Source: an uncultured Chloroflexia bacterium (GTDB lineage Bacteria > Chloroflexota > Limnocylindria > Limnocylindrales > CSP1-4). From it: a stretch of DNA of 64,000 nucleotides. The position numbers and the translations under genes were made by a program. Positions 63,553 through 64,000 of this stretch are shown here, in pieces (position 1 is the first letter of the stretch; every line of letters starts with the position of its first letter). The notes beneath the pieces were generated by a model that was not told where the DNA came from, did not search any database, and saw only the letters and a list, made by a program, of their open reading frames with translations. Where the stretch lies: positions 2,624,001 through 2,688,000 of the forward strand of contig OY970218.1 of assembly GCA_963713975.1 (NCBI GenBank). Direction: 5' to 3'.

Positions 63553-64000
63553 ATGTATTCCGACGCCCTCTCCTTCCTCGAAGATGAACGCGATACCTTC
63601 CGTGCCTACGAGGCGCTGGACGAGCTCTCGGACGAGCAGTTGGACCTCCCCGTGGAGGCGGCCGGCGGCTGGTCTGGCCGTGACCTCATGGGCCACATCG
63701 TCCTATGGCAGGAGGCTGCCCTTGCCACGGCCAGGGAACTCGCGGTCGGCGAGCAGAGCGCCACGATGGATCGCCTGGAGGCCCAGTGGGCATCGGCGCC
63801 CGAGGCCGGCAACGCGATGAACGAGGAGGGCCTCGCGCGCTTCCGGGGGATGCCGATCTCCGACGTCCGGGCCCGGTTCCGCGAAGTCGCGGGCGAGCTG
63901 CGCGGCTATCTCACCGTGGTGCCCGAGACCCGCTGGATCAAGCACGGAACGCACCAGGAGTACTTCTTCGGCGAGACGACCGAGCACTACGAGGAGCACG
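63553..64000 (+). CDS. DinB/YfiT-like protein (3'-truncated by window edge)
   Basis: MYSDALSFLEDE...GWSGRDLMGHIVLW...EHYEEH; TACGAT 6 nt before the ATG. Confidence 0.75.
   Translation, partial: MYSDALSFLEDERDTFRAYEALDELSDEQLDLPVEAAGGWSGRDLMGHIVLWQEAALATARELAVGEQSATMDRLEAQWASAPEAGNAMNEEGLARFRGMPISDVRARFREVAGELRGYLTVVPETRWIKHGTHQEYFFGETTEHYEEH

Overview
Very GC-rich bacterial chromosomal window with about 60 CDS and two tRNAs. I found no CRISPR array, transposase or integrase. Gene content and pervasive leaderless promoters suggest Chloroflexota, possibly a Limnocylindria/Ellin6529-like lineage; this is inference, and Actinomycetota is not excluded. Main blocks in order: mutY-DUF1810-nnrE-glpD; a Zn-ribbon/Gly-rich protein; a Bacillus-type branched-chain 2-oxoacid dehydrogenase cluster with lipA and an adenosine deaminase-family gene; a sortase-like protein; an 8-gene minus-strand ABC/MoxR/DUF58/VWA operon; tRNA-Glu; a DUF1611-epimerase (dgcN/dgcA-like) pair; pspA with a TPM-domain gene; an orphan DNA methyltransferase; tRNA-Arg with a tandem duplication of its 3' end; a hoxEFUYH-hoxW-hypA hydrogenase operon; a BldC/Xis-like HTH gene; dps-fur; an isobutyryl-CoA-mutase-type large subunit; and a stand-alone CarH/AerR-like B12 domain. 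Best candidates for undescribed biology: (1) an ECF sigma factor translationally coupled to an Ogt protein with a C-terminal Ada zinc sensor domain and no AraC HTH, a possible methylation-sensing sigma/anti-sigma adaptive response; (2) a ~235-nt promoter- and terminator-bounded rod-like ncRNA at 59855-60090 (minus) with DosR-like boxes upstream; (3) structured leaders at 3819-3879 and 33432-33541, the second preceded by a DnaA-box-like cluster; (4) a divergent sortase and a Pro/Thr-rich protein with a non-canonical PPSTD sorting-like signal. All family calls come from motif recognition by eye; no database searches were run.
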